Assembly: GCA_965204855.1 (NCBI GenBank)
Contig: OZ242018.1
Span: 304,185 to 368,184, forward strand
Direction of reading: 5' to 3'
DNA: 64,000 nucleotides
DNA from: Dehalococcoidia bacterium
GTDB lineage: Bacteria; Chloroflexota; Dehalococcoidia; Lucifugimonadales; JADFKI01
Positions 1 through 10,289 of this stretch are shown here, piece after piece. The notes under the pieces were generated by a model. It worked only from the letters and a program-made list of their open reading frames with translations. It did not search any database and was not told where the DNA came from. Both the position numbers and the translations under genes were made by a program. Numbering within the stretch: the stretch's first letter is position 1; every line of letters starts with the position of its first letter.

Positions 1-1
1 G

Positions 2-955
2 CCAAGATTTTACCTTAGGGGTTTCTCGCCAGATGGACACGCTTTGCGGGACAAGGTTCACGTCTTCGACAAGTACCGTCCAGAATTCGGCGTCAAATTG
101 CGGTCCGTAGAAAATGTGTCTGTGTCAAGGCATGCCTACACGATGACTGACGACGCACATTTGACGGCCTTGGAGGTTGGATTCAAGATTTGTTTGGACT
201 TCATCGTTCGACGAGTGGAAAAGGATGGCGATTTTCCTATCAGAACTCAGAAAGGATCTGGAGATCTGCTCGGGTGGATGGCGAACTTTCTATTGATTTC
301 CTTGCTGCGAAGTAGCGGCAATCGGTCGCCCGACAACCCCGCGATGCAGTCCTTGTTTCAGGAATCTGCACGTCAATTTAAAGGTCGACTGGATAAACTT
401 AGACTAACTAATCTGGAGTGGGAAAAAGAACTTCGGAAAAATGGTTTGGAGTATGAGACACTCAGAGATCAATTCCTCGAAGAGTTTGGGTTAGAGAACA
501 TTCGTAAATTCATTCCGATATTCGTGGATCCCCTTGGAAGGTCGTCCGCAAATCGGGAAATACTGAGTCTCATCAAGGAGGGCAGTTGGCGGTTTTATCG
601 CGCTGCTCAGGGAAGATCTTTCATAACATCCGATAGGCCTGCGACTTCATTTCGCCTTGGTCTTGAGCCCGAATACAGAGACTTCATTATGTGGGGGATG
701 CCCTTGAGCAAGAATGTTGCCGTTTCTGTATTGTGTGGTGATGGGTCAGATCCGACAGGCACTTATCCCTTGCGGGGCGTCTATGAAATTGAAAAGCATC
801 TGGATATGTACAACATGTGCCAATATGCAGTCGCACACCGCTTCGTATACGCGTCGAGCAAAAATGAGTTGATTCGTGCATGTAGATGGCACGAGAGTGG
901 CTTGTCTCCACTTACTGACATCCTTCCTGATGACGCCTTTGTAGAGAGCACATAA
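2..955 (+). CDS. DUF4238-like protein, 5' end cut by window edge
   Basis: The frame is open from base 2 (PRFYLRGFSPDGHA...), so the track start at 44 (TTG) is internal. The N-terminal PRFYLxxF motif and the later FITSDRP motif fit my recollection of DUF4238. GC is lower than in neighbouring genes. Confidence 0.55.
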   Translation, partial: PRFYLRGFSPDGHALRDKVHVFDKYRPEFGVKLRSVENVSVSRHAYTMTDDAHLTALEVGFKICLDFIVRRVEKDGDFPIRTQKGSGDLLGWMANFLLISLLRSSGNRSPDNPAMQSLFQESARQFKGRLDKLRLTNLEWEKELRKNGLEYETLRDQFLEEFGLENIRKFIPIFVDPLGRSSANREILSLIKEGSWRFYRAAQGRSFITSDRPATSFRLGLEPEYRDFIMWGMPLSKNVAVSVLCGDGSDPTGTYPLRGVYEIEKHLDMYNMCQYAVAHRFVYASSKNELIRACRWHESGLSPLTDILPDDAFVEST

Positions 956-1100
956 TAAAGCATAATTGATGCGCTGCTGTTATGGTGTCAACCTAATTTG
1001 CCGGTTATGACAATTGTTATTGCCACTCTGATTCACTCTCCAAAATCCGCTGAAAGAAGTGCCGCGTTAACTCTCCAACATTCTACATCTCTACTAAATT

Positions 1101-1135
1101 ATAATTATTATATCGATATCTACCTAGATAATTAT
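1101..1135. promoter_or_regulatory. AT-rich palindrome cluster upstream of parA (candidate operator or centromere-like site)
   Basis: ATAATTAT occurs at 1101-1108 and 1128-1135, flanking the perfect 10-bp palindrome ATATCGATAT (1110-1119). The cluster lies about 55-90 bp upstream of the parA ATG in the most AT-rich stretch of the window. Confidence 0.3.
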
Positions 1136-1188
1136 AGAGATATGGGCCTATGCTTTCACTATCCCAGATGAAAGGTGAGTGAATCACA

Positions 1189-1872
1189 ATGATAGTTGCT
1201 GTTGCAGGTGAAAAGGGAGGCTGCGGCAAGACTTCGTTCGCGGTTCATCTCTCCGGATGGCGCGTGTGCGCCGGCAGGGATGTAATGCTAGTGGATGCCG
1301 ACCGTCAAGGCAGTGCGAGTCTCTGGGTAGAGTCACGCCTTCAGCAGGAACTTCCCGCGCCCTCCACGGTGAGGCAGTTCGACAGAGGGCTGCGACGTGC
1401 TATCCGGGACCTGTCCAGGCGTTACGATGACGTTGTGGTAGACATAGGCTCAGGAGACGGTGCAGCGATCGAGGCGGTTATGCGCGTCTCTCAATGTGTC
1501 GTAGTTCCGGTTCAGCCGAACGGCATGGATGTCTGGACCATAGACCTATTGGATGAAATTGCTTCAGAGGCGCTCGACCTCAACGACCATCTGAGAGCTT
1601 TCTCGGTAATTAACCGCGCTTCCACGCATCATGCCAACCGGGATGTGATTGCAGCGCAGGAGGCTCTTCGCAAGTTTGAGGATGTCGAGCACTCCGAAGT
1701 TATCATACATGAGCGTTCCTCGATCAGGCGCGCAGTGCCCGCAGGCTTGCTGGTCAACGAGTATCGCCCGGTCGATCCAAAAGGCATCACCGAGCTTCAA
1801 GCCGTGTTCCGGCTCGTCTTCGGAGATGCCCCGCCCTCAGCAACCCGAAACAGCGGAGGTAAAAAAGCATGA
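1189..1872 (+). CDS. parA: ParA-family partition ATPase
   Basis: Deviant Walker A motif VAGEKGGCGKTS at the N-terminus. Typical small ParA length (227 aa). AAAGGTGAG lies upstream of the ATG. An ATGA overlap couples it to the next ORF. Confidence 0.85.
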   Translation: MIVAVAGEKGGCGKTSFAVHLSGWRVCAGRDVMLVDADRQGSASLWVESRLQQELPAPSTVRQFDRGLRRAIRDLSRRYDDVVVDIGSGDGAAIEAVMRVSQCVVVPVQPNGMDVWTIDLLDEIASEALDLNDHLRAFSVINRASTHHANRDVIAAQEALRKFEDVEHSEVIIHERSSIRRAVPAGLLVNEYRPVDPKGITELQAVFRLVFGDAPPSATRNSGGKKA

Positions 1873-2138
1873 CAATGATAAACATGACTCCGCCGGGAGA
1901 CAGAGAGAGAAGGCGCAGCCGCAGGTCTAGCGGCTCATCTGCTCATAGGGGGCCAACACGCACCATAGACGCAGATGGAGACACTTATCGCCAGATTTCA
2001 ATTGACGTGTCTGAGGATCTGTTCAATCGGCTAAAAGTCGCGGCCGCGCTCGACAGGGTCCCTGCCAGAGAGCTGGTGCTGCGGGTTGTGATTCCCGAAG
2101 TCGATCGAGTTTACAGAGAGCACGGGCTTGATTCATAG
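1869..2138 (+). CDS. Small ribbon-helix-helix protein (ParG-like partition adaptor candidate)
   Basis: 89 aa, start overlaps the parA stop (ATGA). The C-terminal ISIDVSEDLFNRLKVAAALDRVPARELVLRVV looks like an RHH strand-helix-helix. The Arg/Ser-rich N-terminal tail looks disordered. Confidence 0.5.
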   Translation: MTMINMTPPGDRERRRSRRSSGSSAHRGPTRTIDADGDTYRQISIDVSEDLFNRLKVAAALDRVPARELVLRVVIPEVDRVYREHGLDS

Positions 2139-2162
2139 GTCCGGGGCAGATGAGGCAACACG

Positions 2163-3530
2163 ATGACTGGGGAATCGCTAGGCAGTATCCTGCGGCGCAT
2201 CAAGGCACAGCGTGAGACCGAGGGCGCGAGTCCTGCCCACTTGCCCGCATTCGAAGCGCCGGCTCAGCCGCAGGAGCCAGTCTGTCAGATCTGCAAAGAC
2301 CGCGGCTGGCTGACTCCAAGAGTACCAGTCGGGCACCCGGATTTCAGCAGGTTTCAGCCCTGCACGTGCCAGCAGGAAGTGCTTCAGTCCGACAGACTGC
2401 GAAGGCTTCGGCTTTACAGCAACCTGGGTCAGATGGTGCGCTTCACCTTCGAGTCCATTGATGAGGAAAGGATTGATCCCGCCAACGCCGACTTCTTCCG
2501 TGGCGCCCTGGCTGCCGCTTTGGCCTATTCCCAAACACCTTCAGGCTGGCTCATCTTCGATGGACCTCCCGCATCGGGCAAGACGCATCTCGCAGCATCC
2601 ATCGCCAACTACCTTATCGCCTCCGGCCTTCCGGTTCTCTTTGTGTCAGCCGCGGACTTGCTGGACGAGCTGCGGTCCGGCTATGCTCCCGATAACCCGT
2701 TGCCATTCAGCGAGATCTACCAGCGCGTTGCTGAAGCCGATGTCCTCGTCCTCGATGCGCTCGGCGGCCACACCACAAGCCCGTGGGCACAGGAGAAGCT
2801 CCATCAGCTGATCAACCACAGGTTCAACGGTTCCCTTCCCACTGTCGTCACGCTCAGCTGTCCTATCGAAGACCTCGACACCCATCTTAGGGTGAGACTC
2901 CAAGAAGCTCCCGATTCACAAGTCGTCTCGACGGGAGTGAAAACTGCGGACGCTGGTGGCTCCAGCATAGGCTCACCCCATCCGTCGGCGCTTGAGCGAA
3001 TGCGGTTCGATACATTTGAGCAACATGGCACGGCCCGAGAGCGACACGAACTGATAACAGCGCTGCAGCCAGCCCGCGCGTTCGCTCACACTCCGCAGGG
3101 CTGGCTGGTGCTGTGCGGGCCGCACGGAGTGGGTAAGACGCACCTTGCGGTCGCTATCACGGGGGCGCTGTCGGGGAGATACGACGTGTACTTTGCTCGC
3201 GTTCAACAGCTGATGTATCGCCTACAATCCAGCTTTCAGTCGGTCGACGACTCCCAGCAGACCTTCGACACGCTGTTTAAGGCAGCCGCAGATGCCGAGG
3301 TTCTCGTATTGGACGATCTCGGCGCGGAGAATGACTCTGAGTGGACCCGCGCCACATTGCATGAACTTCTTTCCCATCGCTATGAGGCACGTCTGCCCAC
3401 CGTTGTGACGACATTCATCGACTTGACCCAGCAATCCGGCGCGATAGCTTCCCGTCTCTGCGACCGCTCAATCAGTCGGGTCATCCACATTGCCGCACCG
3501 GACTACCGTAGGACTCCGCCTGTTGACTAG
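2163..3530 (+). CDS. Tandem DnaC/IstB-like AAA+ protein (two helicase-loader-like modules) with N-terminal Cys cluster
   Basis: Two Walker A motifs ([11 protein letters not shown] and [11 protein letters not shown]), each followed by a Walker B-like motif ([18 protein letters not shown]) and an LPTVVT segment. The N-terminus has [10 protein letters not shown]...QPCTC. Confidence 0.75.
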   Translation: MTGESLGSILRRIKAQRETEGASPAHLPAFEAPAQPQEPVCQICKDRGWLTPRVPVGHPDFSRFQPCTCQQEVLQSDRLRRLRLYSNLGQMVRFTFESIDEERIDPANADFFRGALAAALAYSQTPSGWLIFDGPPASGKTHLAASIANYLIASGLPVLFVSAADLLDELRSGYAPDNPLPFSEIYQRVAEADVLVLDALGGHTTSPWAQEKLHQLINHRFNGSLPTVVTLSCPIEDLDTHLRVRLQEAPDSQVVSTGVKTADAGGSSIGSPHPSALERMRFDTFEQHGTARERHELITALQPARAFAHTPQGWLVLCGPHGVGKTHLAVAITGALSGRYDVYFARVQQLMYRLQSSFQSVDDSQQTFDTLFKAAADAEVLVLDDLGAENDSEWTRATLHELLSHRYEARLPTVVTTFIDLTQQSGAIASRLCDRSISRVIHIAAPDYRRTPPVD

Positions 3531-5029
3531 CGGATGACCCCCATTGCGCCGTCGCCCGGGCAGTCGTCGCTCTTTCTCCCGTCTGGACAGACCGTATCGC
3601 GCCACTCGGCATCACGTGTGCCCGAAACCCTGGCAAAGTCCGCGCCCGTAAGGTCTGTCCGAACGAACTTCGCGTTCCTCACCTCCGAGCCGTTGAGAAA
3701 GGCGTCTTCAAGCTTCGCGTCGGTGAAGTCCGCGTTACGCAGGTCGGCATTTCGAATCTTTGCATCCTCCAGTCGCGCCCCGACGAACACCGATCGCTGC
3801 AGGTCGGCGCCGTCGAACAACACGTCCAGCAGGACGGCATCCGTGAATTCGGCCCGAACCAGCCTGGCTTGAGTGAAGTCGATACTTCTGAGCGTCATGC
3901 CGGCATAGATCGTCTCCCGCAGGTTCGCCTGGCTGAAGTCGGTCGTCTTGTCGAAGACGACTCGTGTCATGTTAGCTTCCTTCAGGTTGGCCTCACCCAA
4001 GTTGGCCCCGGTAAAGTCCGTATCGGTGAGGTTGGCGTCCTCGAAGTTCACTCGCCGGAGCGAAGCCCCGTTGAAATTAACCCGATAGAGCGTGGCTGAG
4101 ACAAAGGAAGCTCCATCTAGGACCGTGCCTTCGCCAAACCTGCTGCGGGACAGGTCCGTCCCATAGAAGCTAACATCGATCAGCAGAGCCTCAGCCGGCC
4201 AAGTCGTGTTGTGCATGATCGCCCTGTCGAAAGAGACCACGCGGGACAAGTCGGCGCTACTCAGATCCACGTTCGACAGGTTCACCTGGTCCAGGATAGC
4301 GCCCGATAGAGACGCCTCCTTAAGAATTGCGCCTTTCAGGTTCGCCTTTCTGAGGTCGGCGTTCGCCAAGTTTGCGCCGGTCAGGTCAAGCCTCCGTAAG
4401 TCTCGCCCTGAGAAGTCGCAGCCGACCAGCTGAGCGCCCGGCGCGGGAGTGCAGGGCGGAGGTGTCTTCGTGGGCGTCGGCGTGATGGTAGGCGTGGATG
4501 TAGCAGTGGCAGTTCCCGTCGCGGTTGCAGTGCCTGTTGCCGTTGGGGTAGGCGTAGCTGTCGGAGTCGCGGTAGGCGTTGCGGTGGATGTTCTGGTAGG
4601 TGTAGCCGTCCCTGTCGCCGTGGGCGTTCTGGTCGGAGTTGCAGTAAATGTCGCGGTTGCCGTCGCCGTGGGAGTCGCGGTGGGTGTGCTGGTGGGTGTC
4701 GGAGTTATGGTCGGGGTGTGGGTTCTGGTCGCCCAGATTATTCCGTAGGCCGTCGCCGTGGTGTGCGGAGTGAAAGTAGGCGAGGGGACTGGAGTTTCCG
4801 CTGGGGACGGCGTTGAGTGCTCCAGGACCGCCTCGTCGTCCGCGTCCGCCATTCCTTTCTCTTCGACTTGCACGGCCAACCCATTTGCCACAGATTCCTC
4901 GGATGCTACTCCACCGTCCGAACCTCCGAGGAACTGGCAGCCGAGCGAGGGCAGCAGGAGAAGGGCAATAAGCAGCCCCGCGCCAAGCAGTCCTGCCCGG
5001 ACTCCGGAGCTGGCAGGACCTGAAATCAC
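3527..5029 (-). CDS. Exported pentapeptide-repeat protein with Thr/Pro-rich linker
   Basis: Long run of A(D/N)LxX pentapeptides ([28 protein letters not shown]...). N-terminal hydrophobic segment [18 protein letters not shown]. The start was re-derived as GTG at 5029, with GGAGGAG 9 nt upstream and a GTGA overlap with the stop of the upstream ORF. The track start 5128 would overlap that ORF by about 100 nt. Confidence 0.8.
   Translation of the reverse strand: MISGPASSGVRAGLLGAGLLIALLLLPSLGCQFLGGSDGGVASEESVANGLAVQVEEKGMADADDEAVLEHSTPSPAETPVPSPTFTPHTTATAYGIIWATRTHTPTITPTPTSTPTATPTATATATFTATPTRTPTATGTATPTRTSTATPTATPTATPTPTATGTATATGTATATSTPTITPTPTKTPPPCTPAPGAQLVGCDFSGRDLRRLDLTGANLANADLRKANLKGAILKEASLSGAILDQVNLSNVDLSSADLSRVVSFDRAIMHNTTWPAEALLIDVSFYGTDLSRSRFGEGTVLDGASFVSATLYRVNFNGASLRRVNFEDANLTDTDFTGANLGEANLKEANMTRVVFDKTTDFSQANLRETIYAGMTLRSIDFTQARLVRAEFTDAVLLDVLFDGADLQRSVFVGARLEDAKIRNADLRNADFTDAKLEDAFLNGSEVRNAKFVRTDLTGADFARVSGTRDAEWRDTVCPDGRKSDDCPGDGAMGVIR
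4449..4748 (-). repeat. Low-complexity (TPTA/TGTA)n coding repeat inside the pentapeptide-repeat gene
   Basis: Translated as [32 protein letters not shown]... on the minus strand. The mirror plus-strand ORF (VGVAVGV...) is an artefact. Confidence 0.8.
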
Positions 5030-5520
5030 TGCTGGTTCTCCTCCACTATCCTCGCCTGGCAGAAGCTGAATGCCATTCCAATGTACGCCTCGAAGCTGCC
5101 ATACTGTCCGGCCTCGAGCGCCTCCCACATCCTACGTTCCGACTCCGTGATTTCACGCTCGATAACCTCCTTGGGCAGGTTCGGATTGAGATAGGTTCGA
5201 GCCGTGCAGTCGGCCATCCAGCGGACTATCTCCAGTTCGTTCTCACTGGCATCTTTCCTAGCCAGCGTGTATTGAGCCACGGAACCCTGACTGTTTGTCG
5301 ACGAACCTCCACTTGCGCGGTCTTTTTTCGCTTGGGCGACGATATAGTCCTGAAAGCTCTTCATCTGCTCTTCCAGCGCCGCGATCCGCTCGCTGTCCGA
5401 GCGCCCATTTGCCGACGAACTCTCGTCATCGTCACCGCAGGCCGCGAGAACCAGAAGCGCGGCGATAAGCGCGGTGCCCAGATGCAGCTTAATCCCCGGC
5501 ATTAAGCGCAGCATCGTCAT
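5026..5520 (-). CDS. Lipoprotein
   Basis: Signal peptide with lipobox LVLAAC|GDDD. ATG at 5520 is preceded by GGAGGAG (4-nt spacer). The gene overlaps the rpoB 3' end by 32 nt. Confidence 0.7.
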   Translation of the reverse strand: MTMLRLMPGIKLHLGTALIAALLVLAACGDDDESSSANGRSDSERIAALEEQMKSFQDYIVAQAKKDRASGGSSTNSQGSVAQYTLARKDASENELEIVRWMADCTARTYLNPNLPKEVIEREITESERRMWEALEAGQYGSFEAYIGMAFSFCQARIVEENQQ

Positions 5521-8500
5521 ACGACTCCTCCGGCCGCGGAAGCGGCGCAGTTGCAATCTCCGGCGTGTCCCGAATCAGCTCGGGATTCAGCCCCAGGCTC
5601 CTGAGTTCGGACAGTAGCAGTTCAAAGCTGTCCGGCACTCCGGGCTTGATCTGTGTGCCCTTACTGAACCCGCTCCCGTCGTCTGCCATAATCGCCCTGA
5701 GCAATGCCTCCCGCCCGCCGACATCATCCGACTTCACAGTCATCATCTCCTGCAGCAGGTGCGCCGCGCTGTATGCCTCAAGCCCCCAGACCTCCATCTC
5801 TCCCAGCCGCTGACCGCCACCGACGGACTTGCCGCCCAGCGGTTGCTGGGTGATCATCGAGTACGTGCCAGTCGAGCGTGCGTGCATCTTGTCCTCGACC
5901 ATGTGTATGAGCTTGAGCATGTACTTGTAGCCAACCGTCACCGGTCTGTCGAAAGGCTCCCCCGTCCTCCCGTCTCGCAAGACCTGCTTGCCCATGATCG
6001 GAGCCGACAGGTTCTCTTCGCGATCAAGCCGCAGCGCTTCTTCGCGCAGTTCCTGATAAGAAGAGAAGCCCGTAGAGTCCAGTCCCTGTTGACGCATCCA
6101 GAGCTCCAGGCAGACACGCCCGCAGTAAGTACGATTCTCCGCGCCCTCACCGAAGAGCGCCTCGTAGTCGTAGCCCTGCGCCTCGGCCCAGTTCCTGACC
6201 CGATCCCAGTCCACCTTGTATACATCGTCCTCCGGCAACCGTTCAGTGGGTAAACCGCCTGCCTGCTCGACCAGCCAGGCCTGTGCAAGACACTGCTCTA
6301 TCTGCTCCCAGCGTGCCGAGTCAAACACCGGCGTCCTCGCGCGAAACCCTAGGCGATGCGCCGCCCAGCCCAGATGCACCTCCATCAACTGCCCGAGGTT
6401 CATTCGGGACGGCACTCCGAGCGGAGAGAGAATCACATCCACGGGCGTCCCGTCCGGAAGGAACGGCATGTCCTCCTGTGGTACGATAATCGACACGCAG
6501 CCCTTGTTCCCGTGACGACCGGACATCTTGTCTCCTGACCTCAGGTCCCTCGTTCCCGCCACCTCGACCTCCACTCGCGTGTGGCAACTCGGCGGCAGTC
6601 CACGCGCGGCCTCGCTGCCGTCTCCTCGACGAACGACCTTCACGCTCACCACCCGACCCTGCTGGCCCTTCGGTAGCAGTCGTGAGCCATCCTGGTAGCG
6701 CAGGTTATCCGACGTCTCACCAAGTACCTTAAAGAGCAGTTTCTCCTCCGGCGTCCGTTCCCTGTCCTGATGCTCGACGGGGACGGGCTTCGGCGTCGCC
6801 TTGCCTATAAGAATCTGTCCAGATCCGACGTATGCGCCCACGGGCGCCACTCCTTCTTCGTCCAGAAGCTGCCTGCGCCAGTCGGCGACGTCCGGAACAT
6901 CACGAGTTAAGATCTCCGGACCGAGTGGCGTGTCCATCGCGTCGAGCCTGTACTTCTTCAAAATGCGAGAGCGAAACTTGCCCTCGCGCACTACGCGCTC
7001 TGACACGATGATGGCGTCTTCGTAGTTGTATCCGCCCCAGCTCATATAGGAGACGAGGACACGCTGACCCAGAGCGAGTTCGCCTTCGCTAGTGGCGGGG
7101 CCGTCCGCGATTGGCTGTCCGGCATCCACGCCCTGGAAGCGGTTGACGATAGGCCGCTGTCCTATCCAGGTGAAGGCGTTCGACCGAATAGCACTCTGCA
7201 GATCGTAGCGTTGCATTCCACCACCGTCGTCCGGCATCAACTCGATGCGGTCAGCGGAGGCGGACATCACAGTGCCGCTGTCTTCAGCTCTGATCTGATG
7301 GCCGCTGTCACGAGCCATGTCCACCTCCATTCCGGTGGCGACGAGAGCCGTCTGCGGATGAAGCAGAGGAACCGCCTGTCGCTGCATGTTGCAGCCCATC
7401 AGCGCGCGATTCGCGTCGTCATGCTCGAGGAACGGGATGAGCGCGGTGGAGGCGCTGACTATCTGGCGGGGCGTCAGGTCGATGCAATCGATACTCTCCC
7501 GGGGGACGAGGAGCCAATCCTCGCCCCGCCTTGCCGCTACCTGCTCTTCTACGAACTGCCCTAGTTCGTCCAGTTCAACGGTGCATTGAGCGATGGTCAG
7601 TCCAGCTTCTTCATATGCTGTGAGATAAACAACGTCCGCATCGTCGCCCGATACATAAGGACGCACAGCTACGCTGAATGCCGGAATCGCCGCGAGGCGT
7701 TTCACCAGTTCCGGCGTCGCAATGCTGCCCACTCTCGCCAGAAAGTCCGCACCGACTCTTACGTCCTGCCTCAGTTCACGACCGGCCAGCCTCTCGTCGT
7801 GGCTGGAGACCTCCTTCATCACCCGGCGCACCGGCGTGGTGAGAAGCCCGTGTCGGTCAATCTGTGCCGCTGTCGTCAGAGTTGACAGCAGCCCGATGTT
7901 CTGCCCCTCGGGTGTCTCGATCGGGCAGAGCTTGCCGTAGTGCGTGTGATGCACGTCCCTGGGGTCCACGCCCGCGTTCTGCCGGTTCAGTCCGCCGGGG
8001 CCTAGAGACGTCACACGCCGCTTGTGCGTCAGCTCGGCGAGCGGGTTTGTCTCGTCCACCAACTGGCAGAGCTTCGAGCCGTTGAAGAATCCGTCTAGGC
8101 GCTTAAGCAGGGGCGCAGTGTTCAGGAGGTCCGAGGGACGCTTTGGGCGACTTCGTCCCAGCTCCAGTCGCTGGTTAACTGCTCTGCCGACCTCGTACAA
8201 CCCGGTCTCGAACTCCGTCTGCACCAATTCGGCGGCGGTACGTACGCGCCTGTTTGCCAGATGGTCAATGTCGTCCGCCCCCGCGCTTCCCAGTGATACC
8301 TTTATTACGTGCCCGACGATTCGCACCAGGTCGTCGCAAGTCAGCAGCAGGCTTGTCTCGCTGGTGCCGAAACGCCGGTTGAGCATGTGTCGGCCGACCG
8401 CCGACAGGCTGTAATGCTGCGGGCTGAAGAAGAGACGCTCCCTGCGGCGCTCGGCGCTCTCGCGGCTCGGAGGCGCACCCGGGGCGACTTCGGCATAGAC

Positions 8501-9217
8501 TTGAAAGAGCGCCTCGTCACGGCTCCGGCAATCGCCTGCCGCGAGGGTGTTGCGGATGAATCGCCTGCTCGGATCGGTGTCCGCATTGCTGAAGGCATCG
8601 AGCAGTTCGTCGTCGGTCTCCAGGCCGAACAATCGCAGGACTGTCAGCGCGCTCAGGCTGCTTCCATTGTTTAGCCTGACGCGCAGTTGGTCGCGCTCGT
8701 TCGTCTCGAAGCCGATCCAGGAACCGCGAGCGGGAATGATGCGTCCTCTTCCCAGCCGATGCCCGGAAACAGGCTCGCGGTCGAAGCCGAACCAGACGCC
8801 GGGGGCGCGTACTATCTGGTGAATGACGACTCGCCGCACTCCATTGATGATGAAGCTACCTGAAAGATCCATCACGGGAACCCGGCACAGGAGGAGGCGC
8901 TGCTCGATTATCTCGCTGCTGTTTGTGTTCGTCAGTGTCGCTCTGACCGTCACCTGTGCGTCGTATGTCAGGCCTTCTGCGACACACTCTGAGGGGCTGC
9001 GCTCACGCGGTTCCAGCTCGGGCTGGTCGAGGCTCAGCGAGAAGCGGCCGGACGCATCGCTTATGTCGGCCATTTCGCTGAGGGACTGGGCGATGCCGCT
9101 CTCCAGAAACTGGCGGTACGAGTCCAACCGGAGCGACAGTAGTCCTGGCTGTGCCGTTGGCGCTTTCAGCCTGCCGTACCGACGTACCGGTAGGGTTGAT
9201 GTGATTTTGGGCGTCAT
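5489..9217 (-). CDS. rpoB: DNA-directed RNA polymerase beta subunit
   Basis: 1242 aa with the hallmark blocks FIINGVRRVVIHQ, NPLAELTHKRRVTSLGPGGL, IPFLEHDDANRALMGCNMQRQAVPL, GRHGNKGCVS and GEMEVWGLEAYSAAHLLQEMMTVKSDD. Confidence 0.95.
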   Translation of the reverse strand: MTPKITSTLPVRRYGRLKAPTAQPGLLSLRLDSYRQFLESGIAQSLSEMADISDASGRFSLSLDQPELEPRERSPSECVAEGLTYDAQVTVRATLTNTNSSEIIEQRLLLCRVPVMDLSGSFIINGVRRVVIHQIVRAPGVWFGFDREPVSGHRLGRGRIIPARGSWIGFETNERDQLRVRLNNGSSLSALTVLRLFGLETDDELLDAFSNADTDPSRRFIRNTLAAGDCRSRDEALFQVYAEVAPGAPPSRESAERRRERLFFSPQHYSLSAVGRHMLNRRFGTSETSLLLTCDDLVRIVGHVIKVSLGSAGADDIDHLANRRVRTAAELVQTEFETGLYEVGRAVNQRLELGRSRPKRPSDLLNTAPLLKRLDGFFNGSKLCQLVDETNPLAELTHKRRVTSLGPGGLNRQNAGVDPRDVHHTHYGKLCPIETPEGQNIGLLSTLTTAAQIDRHGLLTTPVRRVMKEVSSHDERLAGRELRQDVRVGADFLARVGSIATPELVKRLAAIPAFSVAVRPYVSGDDADVVYLTAYEEAGLTIAQCTVELDELGQFVEEQVAARRGEDWLLVPRESIDCIDLTPRQIVSASTALIPFLEHDDANRALMGCNMQRQAVPLLHPQTALVATGMEVDMARDSGHQIRAEDSGTVMSASADRIELMPDDGGGMQRYDLQSAIRSNAFTWIGQRPIVNRFQGVDAGQPIADGPATSEGELALGQRVLVSYMSWGGYNYEDAIIVSERVVREGKFRSRILKKYRLDAMDTPLGPEILTRDVPDVADWRRQLLDEEGVAPVGAYVGSGQILIGKATPKPVPVEHQDRERTPEEKLLFKVLGETSDNLRYQDGSRLLPKGQQGRVVSVKVVRRGDGSEAARGLPPSCHTRVEVEVAGTRDLRSGDKMSGRHGNKGCVSIIVPQEDMPFLPDGTPVDVILSPLGVPSRMNLGQLMEVHLGWAAHRLGFRARTPVFDSARWEQIEQCLAQAWLVEQAGGLPTERLPEDDVYKVDWDRVRNWAEAQGYDYEALFGEGAENRTYCGRVCLELWMRQQGLDSTGFSSYQELREEALRLDREENLSAPIMGKQVLRDGRTGEPFDRPVTVGYKYMLKLIHMVEDKMHARSTGTYSMITQQPLGGKSVGGGQRLGEMEVWGLEAYSAAHLLQEMMTVKSDDVGGREALLRAIMADDGSGFSKGTQIKPGVPDSFELLLSELRSLGLNPELIRDTPEIATAPLPRPEESYDDAALNAGD

Positions 9218-9431
9218 AATTCAACGATACGAGCGCCCGTTATGCAGTTTCAACGGCTGGTGTCGGGTTGTATGTTCTGATTGCCCGCTTTGGAAAGTAG
9301 TAGATGAAGGCAAGACGGCTCGAAGTCCTGCTTTGTGCAACTGAAAGTGCGACGCCCCCTGCCAGCGTTCGATCTCGACGGCGCTACACCCGTCGCTTCC
9401 GAGTAAGCCAGGTCCCCGGAATAAGGAAAGG

Positions 9432-9887
9432 TCAATCCTTGTCTGACCCAATCCTCAAGCCAGGTATAATCATGAAGATACAGATCACGAACCCGAATAA
9501 CCCGACACCTACAAATGCCTGCACCCATAAAGGTGCTTCAACGGAAGCCTGTCCTATAATTTCTTGGCTAGTGTAGGCGGGAATCAAGGCGACACAAAAG
9601 AAAACCATACTCCACACCATCAACTTGGTCTTTCTCCCCGATCTCACCTTGATGTTGTACCACTCATCATTGATGGCCTGAATGAACCCTCTGTTACGTA
9701 GCTTGCCCAAATTCAGGCATAATAACCATGCTCCGAAGATGAAAAAGCAAGGAATCCCGACCACAACGGCAATTTCGCTCAGCAATGCCAATGAGGCTGG
9801 CAGCCCTTCCGGGCTCCACACTTGATAAAGTCCTCCACCAATCAACGCCCACTTCCCGAAGGCAAACACCCTTCTCAAGACTTCCAC
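9432..9887 (-). CDS. Integral membrane protein (about 4 TM)
   Basis: Four hydrophobic stretches (WALIGGGLY, IAVVVGIPCFFIFGAWLL, MVWSMVFFCVALIPA, FVGVGLFGFVICIFMIIPG). Lies in the lower-GC islet. Confidence 0.55.
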   Translation of the reverse strand: MEVLRRVFAFGKWALIGGGLYQVWSPEGLPASLALLSEIAVVVGIPCFFIFGAWLLCLNLGKLRNRGFIQAINDEWYNIKVRSGRKTKLMVWSMVFFCVALIPAYTSQEIIGQASVEAPLWVQAFVGVGLFGFVICIFMIIPGLRIGSDKD

Positions 9888-10289
9888 TATGTCCTCCCGT
9901 TAAGGTATTGCAATGTTTCCATCCAATTCATTCGCTGCGTCTCTCTGTACGACTTGGACTCCGGCGTAACTCGACGTACGGTACCCGATTCGCAATAAGC
10001 GTTCTAAACTCGGTAGGAGTTTTGCAATCGCTTTGGAGTTGGCATTATCACAGCAATATTGTCCCTTCCCCGCTGATGGAGGAAGGTTCGGCCGGGGTGT
10101 TGCAATTGACACCAGCCCCGAATCATCTCGAAGACATGGAGTCCTGGATCCTCAACAACCCGCACTTCCAACAGTCCGCAAAAGTTCGCGGCACACTGAA
10201 TGCCCCAAGTCCGAGACCGTCGGCTGCAGATTCCTGGCACAGTATCGTAAACTTCCAAATGCTCGTCCTTCCAAAGGGCATCTGAATTC

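Noticed and set aside
4449-4748. Plus-strand ORF encoding (VGVAV)n
   Set aside because: It is the mirror image of the Thr/Pro-rich linker of the minus-strand pentapeptide-repeat protein.
7988-8089. The idea that the orphan rpoB is a rifamycin-resistant paralogue
   Set aside because: The residues equivalent to E. coli Q513, D516 and H526 are unchanged, and S531 is conservatively Thr. The sequence therefore gives no clear resistance signature. Paralogy itself remains open and is reported as a finding.
9888-10289. Overlapping ORFs between the two membrane-protein genes (9900-10112 minus, 9785-10285 plus, 10004-10360 and 10152-10574 minus)
   Set aside because: They are mutually exclusive candidates, and none has a motif, an SD or convincing composition. 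The region was left unannotated.
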